64,000 nt of DNA from NCBI GenBank assembly GCA_000708835.1, contig DF237080.1:116991-180990 (forward strand), read 5' to 3'. Below, one piece after another: positions 1-13,140 of the stretch. Positions within the stretch are counted from its first letter, which is position 1, and each line of letters begins with the position of its first letter. This stretch comes from Klebsormidium nitens. Taxonomy: Eukaryota > Plantae > Klebsormidiophyceae. The notes under the pieces were generated by a model. That model was given only the letters and a program-made list of their open reading frames with translations, was not told the origin of the DNA and ran no database searches. The position numbers and the translations under genes are program-made.

Positions 1-320
1 GCAGAAGCGGTGCTGTTCATGCGGCAGCATCGTGAAACCTTCAATTGGAGAAAATCAAAACCCTAAACCCCGATACGTTCAGCTATAGAATCCTAAATCG
101 TTGAATTCCCCTCAAGTCGCTTTGGATGGACGCGGAGGCGCCGCTGTACACGAGCGGCAGCACAAAGGAGCCCTTGCTTTTCCAGAAAAAGGGAACCCCG
201 AATCGTCCAAGAATTCATTTGGAGAAGCCCTCGACCCTCCTCAAACAAACCGTTCCAGGTCGTTTGGATGGACGCGGAGGCGCCGCTGTCATGCTGTACA
301 CGAGCGGGAGCACGGGGAAT
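1..320 (+). repeat. Degenerate tandem copies of the ACS acceptor/exon start (pseudo-exons) inside the upstream intron
   Basis: tttggatggacgcggaggcgccgctg...tacacgagcgg at ~113-163 and ~256-318, plus a partial copy at 1-22, match the real exon start at 376 (gttgtttggatggatgcggaggcaccgctgttcatgctgtacacgagtgg). Both fuller copies carry indels. Confidence 0.85.
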
Positions 321-375
321 AAAAAATTGTTGGAAAAGATGTCCTGTGGAAACCCTAATTTTTCGTTTTCTTCAG

Positions 376-3300
376 GTTGTTTGGATGGATGCGGAGGCAC
401 CGCTGTTCATGCTGTACACGAGTGGGAGCACGGGCACGCCGAAGGGCGTGCAGCACACGACGGCGGGGTACATGGTTGGCGCAGCGACCACGTTCAAGTA
501 CATCTTCGACTATCATGACGACGACGTCTACTGGTGAGAGGGACCACTCTTTGCGCCACAAGATGATTATGAAACTTTCGCAGTCTCTTTCTTCTATCGT
601 ATCCCTGTTGTTAGTAGTCACATGCTGCGCGTCCAGTCGCCCCCATTGTCCACCTGTTCCAATGGGTGCGGCGCGACCGTCGGCCTGCATGAAAGGCTAA
701 CTCATCGTCTATCGTTCGGCCCCTCTCTCCCCGCTGCTACGCATCGGTTCTGATTACAATACGCTACAATTTTCCTTTTCAAACCTACTTTCCAGGTTGC
801 TGGTTTCTGCTGATTGGATTTCGTTCTTTGCCCACCCCTCCATCTTCATCCGCAGAATCTCTGATCAGTTGCCAGCCCTTAGCGCTGCCACCTCTCACCT
901 ACTGTCTTTGCCACGTGTCCAGGTGCACTGCCGACTGCGGCTGGATCACCGGCCACTCGTACATGACCTACGGGCCGCTCCTGAATGGCGCCACGTGTGT
1001 CGTGTTTGAGGGCATTCCCACGCACCCGGATGCTGGGCGATCCTGGGAGATCGTTGACAAGTGAGGTCCAAGCCGGTCGACTGATTCTGTATGGTACACT
1101 GTGCATCGACCATCTCAATATAAAGTCAAGAATATCGGCGTGAGTGCCTGTTCACACTTATTTAGAACGCGTCACGCTAGTCGCGACTTTGGTGTCCGAT
1201 ATCTGCGATTACTTGTACCTGCAGGCGCTGGGACTTCGGCCTCAGCCTGTTCATGGAAAGAGGTTTGCTTGTCTGCCTGGAACGACCGGGATCGGATAGG
1301 AACGCTCTCAGCGTTGCTAATGTCGCGCGCAGTTGTCGGTTTGAAAGTCCTGAAGATTCACAACTCCTATTTACAGGTACAAAGTGACAGTCTTCTACAC
1401 AGCCCCGACTGCCATCAGAGCGCTCATGAGATGCGGCGATGAGGTGAGGTTCTTGAAAAGCCTTTCCGACGCTCAGCCGTTTGCAACCGAAGTCCGTCCG
1501 GTCAAAGAACGAAACTTTGGTTTTCTGCGTGCACTCTTCTGCGGTTTGACGTTTTGTTCACGAGAGGCCTACTTTCGAGTCAAAGCCCACGAGGAGCCGC
1601 TGACTTGGTCGTACTTTAAAATAGACGGAGGCGCGTCCTGTTCAGCTCCCCAGGTCTACTAGCACAAACTCTACTCAAGAGAATGCAAGACACCAGCCAA
1701 CGTATGAACATTCGCTAAAGTTGACTGGCTGGTTGGATTCCACACAAGGATCCGCCCTTCGAGCATTTTCGTCATTATACGTGACAGCTGGGATTGTACT
1801 GTCCTACAAAGCGCCAGATGCTTTGGGCTTCTGCGCAGCAGGGCCGTTTAAATTATGCATCATTGATTGGGTCATTTTAAGAAGAAGAGCGCACTATGTC
1901 TCTGCACTCTCTCCACCCACAGCCTTCGGCACCTCCTGCTGAAACACTTTCAGAATCGAGAGGAGAAAGCCGCTCTTCTTGAATCATCGACAGCAGATTG
2001 CGTTCAATCAAACAGTCCTGGGCACTTCAACCAGAAACTCTAACACAAGGCATGACTCGCTCCGCACCCGCACCACTTTTACCTCCCAGCTACGGGTGCT
2101 TAGTTCACTGCAACCTGCCCTTGATTCAGGCAACTTGTTAGGCATTCTAAAAGCAGGAAAGTTACCATTCGGAAATCCAGGATCACCGGAGTAATGCACG
2201 AGAAGCTAACATCCGTCTTGTCTCTCTCGTGCAGTTCCCAGAGAAGCACAGCCTGGCGTCGCTCCGGTTGCTGGGCAGTGTGGGTGAGCCCATCAACCCC
2301 GAGGCCTGGCGCTGGTATCACTCCGCAATTGGCCACGGCAAGTGCCCGATCGTCGACACGTGGTGGCAGACTGAGACGGGAGGCATCATGGTGAGCCGTC
2401 TTTTCTCGTGCCATCAATCTAGGGAAGTGCTTCTGTCTACTTTTGTAGAGGGGTCGGATGCGTTTTTGAGTTTGATCTCGATGGGGGCTCGCTCCTGCTC
2501 GGCTGCGCTGCGGAGTCGCATTGGTGCAGGAACGTTGTCAGCGTCGGTTGGGTCGTGCGGTGCTCAGAAAGGTGGCGCCACCAACAGTTGCTGCTTGTCG
2601 TTCAGAAGGTAGAGCCCAATCCATCGACTTTGAAACGCCTTTTCTGTTTGTGCGCAATGGCCCTGAGGTTGCTGCTGGGGCTGTTCAGAAAGGCAACTGC
2701 GAAACATCGAGAATTATGCTGTGGCACGCTTGACGCATGCAGTTGTGCCACGTGTCTCGCAGATTACGCCGCTGCCCGGTGCCTGGCCGCTCAAGCCCGG
2801 TTCCGCAACGCTCCCCTTCTTTGGAGTGCAGCCTGCTATTGTCGACGAGCACGGGAACGAGCTAGAGGTAAGAAGCGGCGAAGCTTTCACCAGGTTTGTG
2901 ATTTGTCTGCTTCGCGAGCTTTTTGATAGAAAGTATCAAGATTGACCTAGCGGTAAAGCTCGACCGATTGACTGCAACTCTCAATCTTTGAGAACCGGAC
3001 GCCTCGATCTCTGGTAGAGTCAACCTTCAAACTTCGATTGAGGAGTCAACGCCTTTTGATAGCCTTAGAAGGTTGGAAAATTTAAGACGTCTCGCGACAT
3101 GCTCTTCGGTCCTGTCCTGGAGTTGGGGCCTGAACAACCGATTCGTCCACGAAAGCTTTATAGACGACACGTGGCGCCATCACTCCATCAGAGCCGTCCA
3201 TTTGTGTCCGCAGGGCGTGTGCAACGGCTACCTGTGCATCAAGCGCGCGTGGCCCAGCTGCATGCGGACCGTCCGAAACGACCACGCGCGGTTTGAGGCG

Positions 3301-6300
3301 ACCTACTTCCAGGCGTACAAGGTGCGGAGGTCGCCTAGCCAGAAGTCTTTGTTTTGTACCGGAAGCAACGGTTTCTTTGGGTCCGGGACTAACGGTTGGC
3401 TAGCACACGGACCTTTGCGTCCGACCGTTTTGTGGACCATTGTCTCTGTGAGAACCGGTGGAAGGAGACCCCGGACTGCGGTTTCCAGTCCCAGACACCC
3501 CCACCGCTTGGTACTTGATGCGCGCGTGACGGGTGTGCAGTACTATGTCAATGACTCACGGCAGTCTGGCCGTCAGTGCGATTACCGCGACCTTTGTACA
3601 GGCTGAAGGCCGCTATGCTTGGTCGCCAGCAAGCCGCCATCTCAAAACTCACAGGTGGTGACGTTACAAGACCTCTTTTGCTCGCGCACAGAGTACCAAG
3701 CGGTGTGGGGGTCCCGGAGTGCAAACTGCAGTCCTCGTTCTCTTCCACCGGTTCTGCGAGCTTACAGCTCGGGGTTTTTCTCTTGTCATCCATTCGCTTT
3801 TCTCCCCTCTCGTTCCGCAAACCACGAAGCCACATTGGTCGAATGCCATACGCGCTCGATAATGAGCATACAATACGAGAGCGCTGAAGGACCTGACGGT
3901 GCGCATCGGTTCGCAGGGTTACTATTTCACAGGTGACGGCTGTCGGCGAGACGAGGACGGCTACTACTGGCTCACGGGCCGGGTCGATGACGTCATCAAC
4001 GTCAGGTGACTCCCTGGTCGTGACTGATCGTTCTGTTGCCTTTTCTCCCTCAGCAAAGAACAGCCGGGGACGGAACGGAATGCGTCTTTGGGATCGGTGT
4101 CAAGAGAGTCGGAAAGCGACGAGCAGCGGGATACACTCTACAAGCGTGCTTGACAGCCGAGTAGCCGCAAGTGGAGAAAAAGGTTGTTTTGTTGTCATCG
4201 AGTGATTGATTCCCGGACGACGTTCTGAATTGGGTCGCATCTGCTGACGTGGCGGCCCCATTCGGATAGACGGCAACTGAAACCAAGTATCAGAGTCCGA
4301 GCAATTCTGGAGTTCGCGCCCTCTCCCGGCATTGTCAAACCTTATTAAAGTCCAAGTGGCTTGTGCGGTCTCACAAGCAAGGTATTGAATGGTGTGAACG
4401 CCCTCCTGAAGCAAAAGAATTGCTTACAGCCTATTTACACCGTCTTCGTTTGCAGTGGGCACCGGATTGGGACGGCAGAGGTAGAGAGCGCGCTGGTAGC
4501 ACATGACATCTGTGCCGAGGTGAAATGTTTTGCATATCGCCTCAAATTTGATTTCTCATTCCCAGATTATAAAGCGTAGATATTACGCTTACCTCACTCC
4601 TCCTCTTTGGTTCGCTCTGCCTTTGTCAAGCTTGTCTTGATTTGAAGAGCGATGTGCCGGACTTCTCCCCTGATGCATCCAAACTGGCTTTAAAATGTCC
4701 TTTGGTTTCCAGAATTGCTCTCTTGAGTGGAACCAAAACCTCGTGTCCGTTGCGCAGGCTGCCGTGGTTGGTTACGAGCACCCTATCAAGGGGCAAGGGA
4801 TCTACGCTTTTGTCAGCCTGATGGAAGGGTAAGCTTGCTTCACTCGTTAAATCCTTTCCTTATCTGTAAGGTTACCCACTGTGAATCGAATATGATGCAG
4901 CTTTCTTTAAGCAAAGCAAGTGGTAAATCCTTTCTCTCCCGCTGCTTACCAGCCGCAACCCACCTTGATTCATTTCACTTACTTCCGTAACATCTTTATA
5001 TCAGACATTCGCTTACGTCCCCAGCGTTTTGCCTTTTCATAAACTGCACGTCCTCTCCGAGTCTTCCGCCTCATTCTTCGAACCGTTATTCAAACACTGC
5101 CTGGCCGCTTGTTTCTGGCGGCATCAAATCTCAGCCAACCTGAACCCTTCGTTCTGGTGCCACGTGGACAGCGTACAGCCGTCCGAGCAGGTTCGGACGG
5201 CACTAAAGGCCGCCGTCCGGCAGCACATCGGCGCGTTCGCGACGCCTGACGTCATCCACTGGGCGCCCGGCCTGCCCAAGACGGTACGTCATCCCGCCAT
5301 CCGCTGGCAATCGACCTTTTGCCGCTTGAACTGTTCCGATCGTTTCATTCATTTTGTCAGCATCCATGTTCCTCTCCTGTTCGAAGACTTATTACGCTTG
5401 AATTAGATTCCGGCTCTGTTCTGCGATGCGCTTGGTATGCGTTTTGCTCCTTATCCATCTCCGCTCGTGTGACTCATCTGGCCTTCGAGTCGAGCAGAAA
5501 CGTCTGCCAAGGTAGGAGCGGCTCGCTTTATAAGCTGTTTTGAAAGCAGGAACTTACTTTATTTTAGGACGCTGTCTGTCACGTTACCACGAGAGCCGTC
5601 CAGATTATAACAAAGATGCGTTCGAAGCTGTCGCCAATATCTTTGTTGACATGTACAGTGTGTGTCTGAGCTGCGCTCTGTTGAGCTTTTACCCCAACAT
5701 ACCTGACGCGTATAATCAGACTGACTTTGAAAACGGGATTCAATTTCCAACGCCGACTTTCTGTACAACTGGAGAGGACGATCTTAGAAGGAAGGAAGAA
5801 AAGACCCACACAGTACGCTCCGTCTCAAAGGCTTCTGGAAGGCGCCGACGATCCAGCTTACGCGTACAGTGGAACTCACATACTCGTCCAGTCACCCAAA
5901 ATTTTGGTAATGTTTACAACGTCAGTTGTATAACTTCATCTGAGCAGCTTTGGCGGTTTTGACGCCCCTCGCTTGTCTGCGCTGCAGCGGTCTGGCAAGA
6001 TCATGCGGCGCATCCTACGCAAGATTGCGTCCGGGGAGCTGGACGCTTTGGGTGAGCTATCTCGTCGATTCGTCTACGCTTTCCCACTCCTGACACTGCT
6101 TCTTCTCTTTTGCTTTTCGTTTTCATCCTCTTTTGCATCTCATCTGAGCCCACCGGTGTCCCTGGCGACTGAGAATGAGAATTCGTTGACGCATGACCAA
6201 TGCCTGACCACTCAGAAGATGGCCTTTGACAACGACAAACGAACGGTTCTTCGGTTCGGAAAGCCGTCAGACAAATTAAGGTCTAAGGGAAGGGTTAGTT

Positions 6301-6405
6301 GCCACAGTAACCTGTGTTGATTGCTCGTGCCTTACTGCAGGTGACATCAGCACGCTGGCGGACCCAAGTGTGGTCGAGGTCTTGGTCAAGAACAAGGGGT
6401 TGTGA
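376..6405 (+). CDS. ACS: Acetyl-CoA synthetase (AMP-forming), 3' portion; 5' exons lie upstream of the window
   Basis: Twelve GT-AG exons splice in frame: 376-533, 923-1060, 1377-1443, 2235-2390, 2763-2867, 3214-3321, 3917-4005, 4456-4519, 4758-4828, 5172-5283, 5988-6051, 6341-6405. Hallmark motifs: [99 protein letters not shown]. Confidence 0.97.
3451..3755. mobile_element. MITE-like element with ~75-bp terminal inverted repeats, in an ACS intron
   Basis: 3451-3526 (agaaccggtggaaggagacc...cgcttggtacttgatgcgcgcg) is the imperfect reverse complement of 3683-3755 (cgcgcacagagtaccaagcgg...cttccaccggttct). Same TIR family as 9806-10167. No TSD recognisable. Confidence 0.75.
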
Positions 6406-8557
6406 GCCTCGCGCATAGGCGTTAGGAGAATCTGCGTTGCCTTAGTGTAGGATCAGGGACTTCAACAGGTTCAAGAAGATGTAGGCAGCCGTGACTCCAG
6501 CTACATGTTGGCGGCCGGGCAAAAGTAGGCTTTCTTGTTTAGCGTTTCACGAGTGAGCACAAGTAGATACCTCCGAAGTTAGGCGGGAGAGATAAGAACG
6601 ACCGGGCATAACCAGGTCGCTTTTCGTAATCATAAAGTTCGCCGATGTCTGAGCGTGGAGGGATTTGGCTAAGCGGAACAGTGAGTGAGTTTCATAAACC
6701 ATATTTTGTGCACAGAGACCAGTTGGCCCCGAGCAGAGTGACCGAAATTCCATCGTTTTGCCAGCTGTCTGACTAAGCCGAGCCTCAAAGGCCTGGTATT
6801 GCCAATGTCGACAAAAGGTGAGAATCCAGTGCCCGCAACAGTAGGCTCGCGGCGAATTACGCATCATGTACGTGCCGCCGCGCTGCTTCGAATTGCAGGC
6901 CGGGCGGCATGGCCCGGGCAGCCGGCCCCGACCAGGCCGGGGCACGGCTAGCGCTTATACGTATGCATCTGATCACTCAGTGCCTTCGTATGTTCAATCC
7001 TGAAGCAGATGCTTTTAATTTCATTCAATTTAATGATGAACAACTACTGATACTACAGCTGATGCATGGTAGCTACTCAGTACGCGTGTAGAAGCCATAT
7101 GACAATTGTCACTCTGGATGAGTATAAGCAACCGTCCACTCATGTTGATCAGTAAGATCGTAAGCAGTCTAAGTTGTATACATTCGTATATGATGCAAGT
7201 GAACCGTGCACCGGCGCTCAGCTAGCGCAGCCGCGGCAATGATGGCATGTCATGTGCCACCTGGCATTGACCATGCAGTCCTATGCAAGCCTGCACCTGG
7301 TTCGCGGCGCGTTAAACTCGAAAGAATTGAGACGTACGTACGTACATATAAGGTTTGGTGCCGCACTCACTAGCTGGCGGCCCGCATGAATTCTGCCCCA
7401 GATCGAACATAAGTTGAAGTACGCAATTGTCCGTAGATCGCTTTTTCCTCTCTAAAACCGACAGGTCCGCGGCCGCCTCGCGCCACGCGGCGCACCTGAT
7501 TGTGACGGGCATGTCAGATTGTCTATGATAGATCTCAGACCGCTATAAGATCAGCCTCGCCGGGCACTGTGACCGGCCCGGCCCGGCGGCCACGTTGCAT
7601 GTACACTTAACGAGCTAGCTAGCCGCCGTGCCATGAAAGCATCCAAATCATTGAGCCTGGCATCATCGATCTTATACAGGATTGACCATTCCGGACATCC
7701 GACTATCCTATCATTGCAGAACTGCATTTCCGTATACGTTGTTCGATGCAACAATTCGGCGTCACGCGATCATTCATGATTCGGGTCGATAACAACGTAC
7801 TTAGCGAGCGGTATGTGATAGATACTTTGTGGGGCAATCGTGCACTAACCTAACATGCTATGGGCCCCAAACGCGGTGCCAGGACGTACCTACACTACGT
7901 GATGCATATGAATCTTATGGCCTCAGGCATTCGCCTCTGTCCAACTGCAGCTGCACGGCACGTGTAAATTTAGACGACTAGGCGTTGAGGGTCTAATGGT
8001 TTTCTATATGGTCCTTATGCAGCGGCTGAATCCTGTGGCACCCCTATTTCGAGGCGAACAAAGAAGCACGGTCGAATTGCTGTGACGAAAGACCGTCTGC
8101 GCTGCGTTCTACTGAGCTCAAGGCGCTGCGACATTGCTGAAGCGACCTAGCTAGATCATACTCTCGCCAGCAGCACTATCCTGTGTGTTGAGTCATCTGC
8201 CTGGCTTACAGAGGCGTTTACGGATCTAAGCTACGTAGTGTACATGGAAGGTCGACTGCGCAGCAAACCGCGAAGGCCTCTACTTACGACCTGACGAGAT
8301 AAATAGGATCTTTGCTGCGCACCCTTTGACGATCTCGACTGACCAGCGCCAACCTGGCCATGTCCGGACAAAGTCCGCCAAACGCATCCACCCATGCCGT
8401 TACCCCAGTTACTGGAGATCAAAACGCCCATTTCTGCCCGCCTCTCAACTTCCGTTGAAGGGTCCCCTTTCCCTTAACAACCCCCAATACAATGCTTAGC
8501 CCCAACATCTCAACTCCAGCACAGCTCAACGCGGCTACTTCTTCACAGCCCGTGCTT

Positions 8558-11500
8558 TTACAACTGCTTGACGAACCAGATCCCCAAGTTCTGGAACCGT
8601 TGCCGCTTGACATCGTGCCCGACGATCCAGTTGTTGTGCACCAGCGCGGCCTCGTCCCCGAACGCGTCCCGCCAGTAGTCGTCCGCAAAGTAAAGGCAGC
8701 CGGCGGGGAACTGCCGCTGCGGCAAGATGCCCACCTTGAGGTCCTTCAGCATGTTGAGGGCCTTGTTGAAGAACGGTTGGTCCTGCGGTGGGGAATCAAC
8801 TTAAAGAAGGACTCAGCAATTTATGACTGATGTCACACGTGATTGTCCTTTGATAGCTCTGTGTCCGTATGTAAGACAAGGTTGGTCATGTGCAACAAAG
8901 CGCAATCTCGGTCCCAAACCCCACGTCGGTCGAGTATCGCAAACACATACCCCCAAAGTGTTCGGTTCTTACGTTTGTAGACCTTCTGGAAGAAAGAGAA
9001 ATCCTGAGGACGTTAGGATAGGCAACTTTGAGAGCCTGGTCGGCAGACAGCCGCTCACTAAGAAGTGGCATGTGTGGGGCTGGCCGTCTAGACCGACCGC
9101 AGGGGAACAATAGAGAAGCTATGCCAAGTTCCTTATAGGAGAGCGCACCAATGCGCACTTCGTCAAAGGAAAAGGCAAAACGCGGTAACTGCTACTTCTC
9201 GGCCGTTCAACGTCCGCCCTCTCTCGAGGCTATCTAACGGAAGGCCAGACGAACGATTAGAGCCAAGCCTTCATATTCTCCGTCACCGAGGGTCTGCGCA
9301 CGATAACCTGTAAACCAGCTCAGTCAAGCGTTGCCCACCTGGATGGGAGGCTTCCAATCCTTGAGGCTCATTAGCCCTGCCCACGTATCTAACAGCTGGT
9401 ACGACTGTGCCGTCGGTCGCATGTAGAGGAGACAGCTGCAGGATACAGTACGAGAAACGTTCACAAGGGTCCGTAACAACGGGGAGGTTGTTTCCACCGT
9501 GTAAAGCAGGGGAAGACGTCTCTGATTACGTAGCTTAGGCAATCCCACAATAACCCTGTTGCGTCAAATTTGACAGGTGCAGGCAATTTAAACTGCACCT
9601 GAATTGCCTAGGTACAGGTAATTTAACGTGGTAGGCAACGATAGCAGATAACCAAGCCGCACCTTACAGCGCTTGCAAGTCGGACCCGTCAAGTTAGTGT
9701 ACAAGATTAGACGCCCAATGGAGCATCAAAGAGAAACGACGTACACGAGCTGGTGTTGCTCGAGGCACCCCACCGGCCTCCATAACACGAGATTCTTGAA
9801 GCTGACAGAACCCGTGGAAGGAGAACGTGGGCTCCAGTTTCTATGCTCGACCCCCACACTGGTTGGTATCCCTATGCGCGAGCAGCGGGAGGCTAGGCCG
9901 CCGCGGCACTTGCCACATGAGTTGTGACTCAAGCGCAACCGATGGTAACGTAACCTTGTTTACCTGCTCTCGACCGGCCGATTGGATCCGAACCGAGGGT
10001 TCAAATAGAAGGTACATAGACATAGTTCCGCGTCCCCGGGCATGGGACCAAGAGACCGGGTGATGTTGATTGTAACCGATCATTACAGTCGCGCACGCAC
10101 GGGGTACCAAGCAGTTTGGGGGTCCAGAATGAAAACTGGAGTCCACGTTCCCCTTCCATGGGTTCTGACAACTCATTTCAGATGTCCAAGGGACGACATG
10201 AGCACAGTACAACGCCTTCACCTGTAGATGTTCAAGGACCGCGCGAGAGACGCGATCCAGGAGGAGCTTTTTCGAACATCAAATACAGCCAAGAATCCCG
10301 TATCGTGGAAGCAGACGTGCAAACTTTCCGACATCAACCTAAAATGAAAAGAAGTTTCACACCGCCCTCACCTGCAGATGTTGGGATGGTAATGCGACGG
10401 GAACCGCCGGTCCTTCTGCAGCGGGTGCACCGCCTCGAGCCCCGTGTCGTCCGTCCAATCGTCGTTCACCCACACATCGAAATCCCCCGTGAACGCCGTA
10501 AACGGGTTCTTCAACCACACCATATCCAGGTCGTTATACAGCACGTTTACGCCGAGTCGGAGCACCGCGCGCAAATAGTCCGGCCGGCGCTCGGTCATGA
10601 GGAAGAAGCCGAGCGAGCCGAAGTCATGCGCGGACTCGCCGGCGCGCGGGATCGAGCTGTAGTTGTACATAATGACGTGGCCCGGCCAGCGCGCGTCGAT
10701 GTGGTCAAAGGCTTCTTGGTCCTCGGCGAAGAGGAGCACGCGGTCTCCAAACCCTTGCCGGCTGCATACGGATGGAATTTGGGACTGAGCAAACTCGCAA
10801 ACCAACATTCGACTTTATGAAAAGGAAGGGATGCGCTTTGACATGGAAAGACGGGCGCACGATGCCAAACACGTTGAGGCTGCATACGGACACTGTGGGC
10901 TGAATATACGAAGAAAAATTTTGGACTAAAGAACAGATGTTTGACCGGTTATGAAGAGAAAAGAAGCTTCAGTAGGCATGACAAGTGCAGAAACTGCGAA
11001 AGGCTTTCCGGCTGCAAGGACAGGGTGCGAGCTGATCAGAGGAAGGGGCGGAATCTGAGCCTGACAAAAGATACCGGACTATCAGAGAAAGAAGCACGAT
11101 CAGCTCAGGAAATATTGGGAAAGCGCTTAGGTGTCAAAACATTGCCGTCAGCACCAAAGCGTGAGGATTGATCATAAGGAAGAACAACAAGTTTGGATGA
11201 GTCCAGAAAGAGGGTATTGCCCAGATGGGGAAAGTCAACAGTCGCCAGCTGCACAAAGTGGGGGTTGGTGCTCAGCAAAAGAAAAACTTGAGTTTTAACG
11301 GGTCTTGCTATAGTTCCATTTTCCGTTCCCTTTCCGAAGACGGGTGCTTTTGAAGAGCACTGCGTCTAACACAAAAAAAAGCGTTGAAATCTGACAAAAT
11401 AAGGCTCCAACCGTCACACAGTGCAGGCCGCATCAGAAAGGGGACGCTATTGCCAAGGCGTGCCACATTACTGCTAGCATCCCAACGGCAACGGGATCAG

Positions 11501-12391
11501 CCAATCTAATCAGTTTTTCAGTTTTTTGCAGAGTCATCTGCAGAAGCAGAGCTTTGCGATTGATTCCAATCGGTGAACTGCTCACTCCCTCATGTAGTCA
11601 ATCCAAGCATATGTGTGTGCAAAATAACTCTCTATATAGCAGATCAACAAAATAGTCCTTGAATTGCATACCAGAGCTGGAATGCTTGCATTTGCTCGCC
11701 TCAGAGATATTGCATAGGTGCTTCTCCAGAAATTCAAAGTTGCTACTAACCCGGAGGATGGTGCCACATAGTGCACCACAACTGAGTCTATGGGTCAACA
11801 CCTTCACTGTGTTCTGGTCAATAGGTGGTTTAAAACGAATCGGTGTAGCAGGAGCTCAGCGCGACGATGATCCACAGATACATCGATCCTTATTGGCCAC
11901 ATTACGAGGTTTGGCCTTATCAGGCGCCTATCAGCTGCAGTCCAGAGCTAGGGCTCTTCACCTGAAAGCTCTCAATCAGATTCTGAAAGGAGAGCATGCC
12001 ACTAACTCTCTCCAACAATTCTTAAGAACAGTTACACTTTTGGAGCGAGCTCAAACTTGCCGCCACCACCAAAGTCGTCAAAATCTGATGATTCTAGAGC
12101 CAAGCCTCACCTGATGCTGATCATCCAGTTCTCAGCAAAGTCCAGATATCCCGAGTTCACAAGTGACACAATGATCGTGTTGTCCACAGCAATCGCCGCC
12201 ACCGCTTCCGCTAGCGGGCGGTCCGTGTCGCTTATCCCCTTGTTCCATCTGAGCATCCCCTCGTCAGCTCTGCGAACGTCAGACCTGAATCCTATTGACG
12301 GTAGCATAAGGTATACAAGCAACACGACAGAAGCCGCGTTGATTGCCACAGCAGAGCCTGAGCGGAACGTGTTCAAGTGGTTGGTCCACAT
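8558..12391 (-). CDS. RGXT: GT77 nucleotide-diphospho-sugar transferase, RGXT/MGP4-like (rhamnogalacturonan-II xylosyltransferase family), type II membrane protein, ~330 aa
   Basis: Exons 12391-12111, 10761-10372, 9435-9339, 8782-8558 (993 nt, in frame). N-terminal TM segment (AVAINAASVVLLVYLML). Motifs resembling RGXT: NWMISISRQ, VLLFAED, RWPGH, FGSLGFF, RRP..L, YNDLDMVWL.NPF (DxD), ICSC..Y.RPT, DQPFFN.ALN, FPAG.LYF, VHNN.I.G...K..RF...G.W. Confidence 0.88.
9806..10167. mobile_element. MITE-like element (second copy of the CAGAACC-TIR family), in GT77 intron 2
   Basis: 9806-9880 cagaacccgtggaaggagaacgtgggctccagttt...ggttggtatccctatgcgcg pairs with 10091-10167 gcgcacgcacggggtaccaagcag...cccttccatgggttctg. 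The arms are similar to those at 3451-3755. Confidence 0.78.
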
Positions 12392-13082
12392 CTTTGACAC
12401 GGTCCAAAGGTGTCAAACCCTATTGTGCACGACAGCTCAAAGCATGCTGCCTCTCTGCTACCTGGATCCACTTTGCCTCAACTCAAACAAGCCCAATCTT
12501 CAAACAACAGTCTTCATGTAGAGTCATGCGCACTTAAGGCATGATAGCTTTACCCCTTTCCGCCGCTTCACCATCATGGCTACTCTCTCGCAAGGGGTTT
12601 ACACTTGTCCAGTCGCTACTTGGATTAGCAAAAATGACACAATCCAAGCAATAGCAAGCTGACTGCAGCAGGATCCAGCCCTTGCTGCTGAGCTGCGGCT
12701 CGGCTGAAAGCTTCCAAAGAAGGGGATAGAAGACCGATCGAAATTTGTGAACCTTTCTTTGTGAGCACTCCTCCGGCAAAGGCTCAAATCATTCATTCCC
12801 CAAGCTGCAACTCATGCAAGCCGTATCAATTCGGTCAAGCCTAATAGGTGCCACCTGACGGCCGCTTGCTTATCCAACGGAGCAACTGGAGTTTGAGGTT
12901 CAGAGCCTAGCGCTCTCATCTGACGGCTCAGAACATTGTATCTCGTGTTGATTGAATTGAGCAACTGCTAGCATAGGTATGTTACTGTATGTACTGACTC
13001 GGAGCACCTACCGTACGTAGTATGGTAGCTCCGAGTGCCTGTGATGTGACACCCTCGATTAGGTATCGTTTGTGTTGGTGTA

Positions 13083-13140
13083 GGCACCCGGGGGACGGAT
13101 TGGGTTAGGGTGGGAGTTAGGGTGGGTGCGAGAACGCAGC
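13083..13140. repeat. Short dispersed repeat with telomere-like TTAGGG motifs; inverted copy at ~32935-32990
   Basis: cccgggggacggattgggttagggtgggagttagggtgggtgcg matches the reverse complement of cccaccctaactcccacaccaaccccacccgtcccccggg. Confidence 0.7.

Noticed and set aside
101-537. ORF-track entries starting MDAEAPL (126..518, 268..537) as separate ACS paralogs
   Set aside because: They are chimeras of frameshifted intronic copies and the real exon; only 376-533 splices in frame.
6385-6405. Peroxisomal targeting signal at the ACS C-terminus
   Set aside because: The protein ends in KGL, which does not fit the PTS1 consensus (S/A/C-K/R/H-L).
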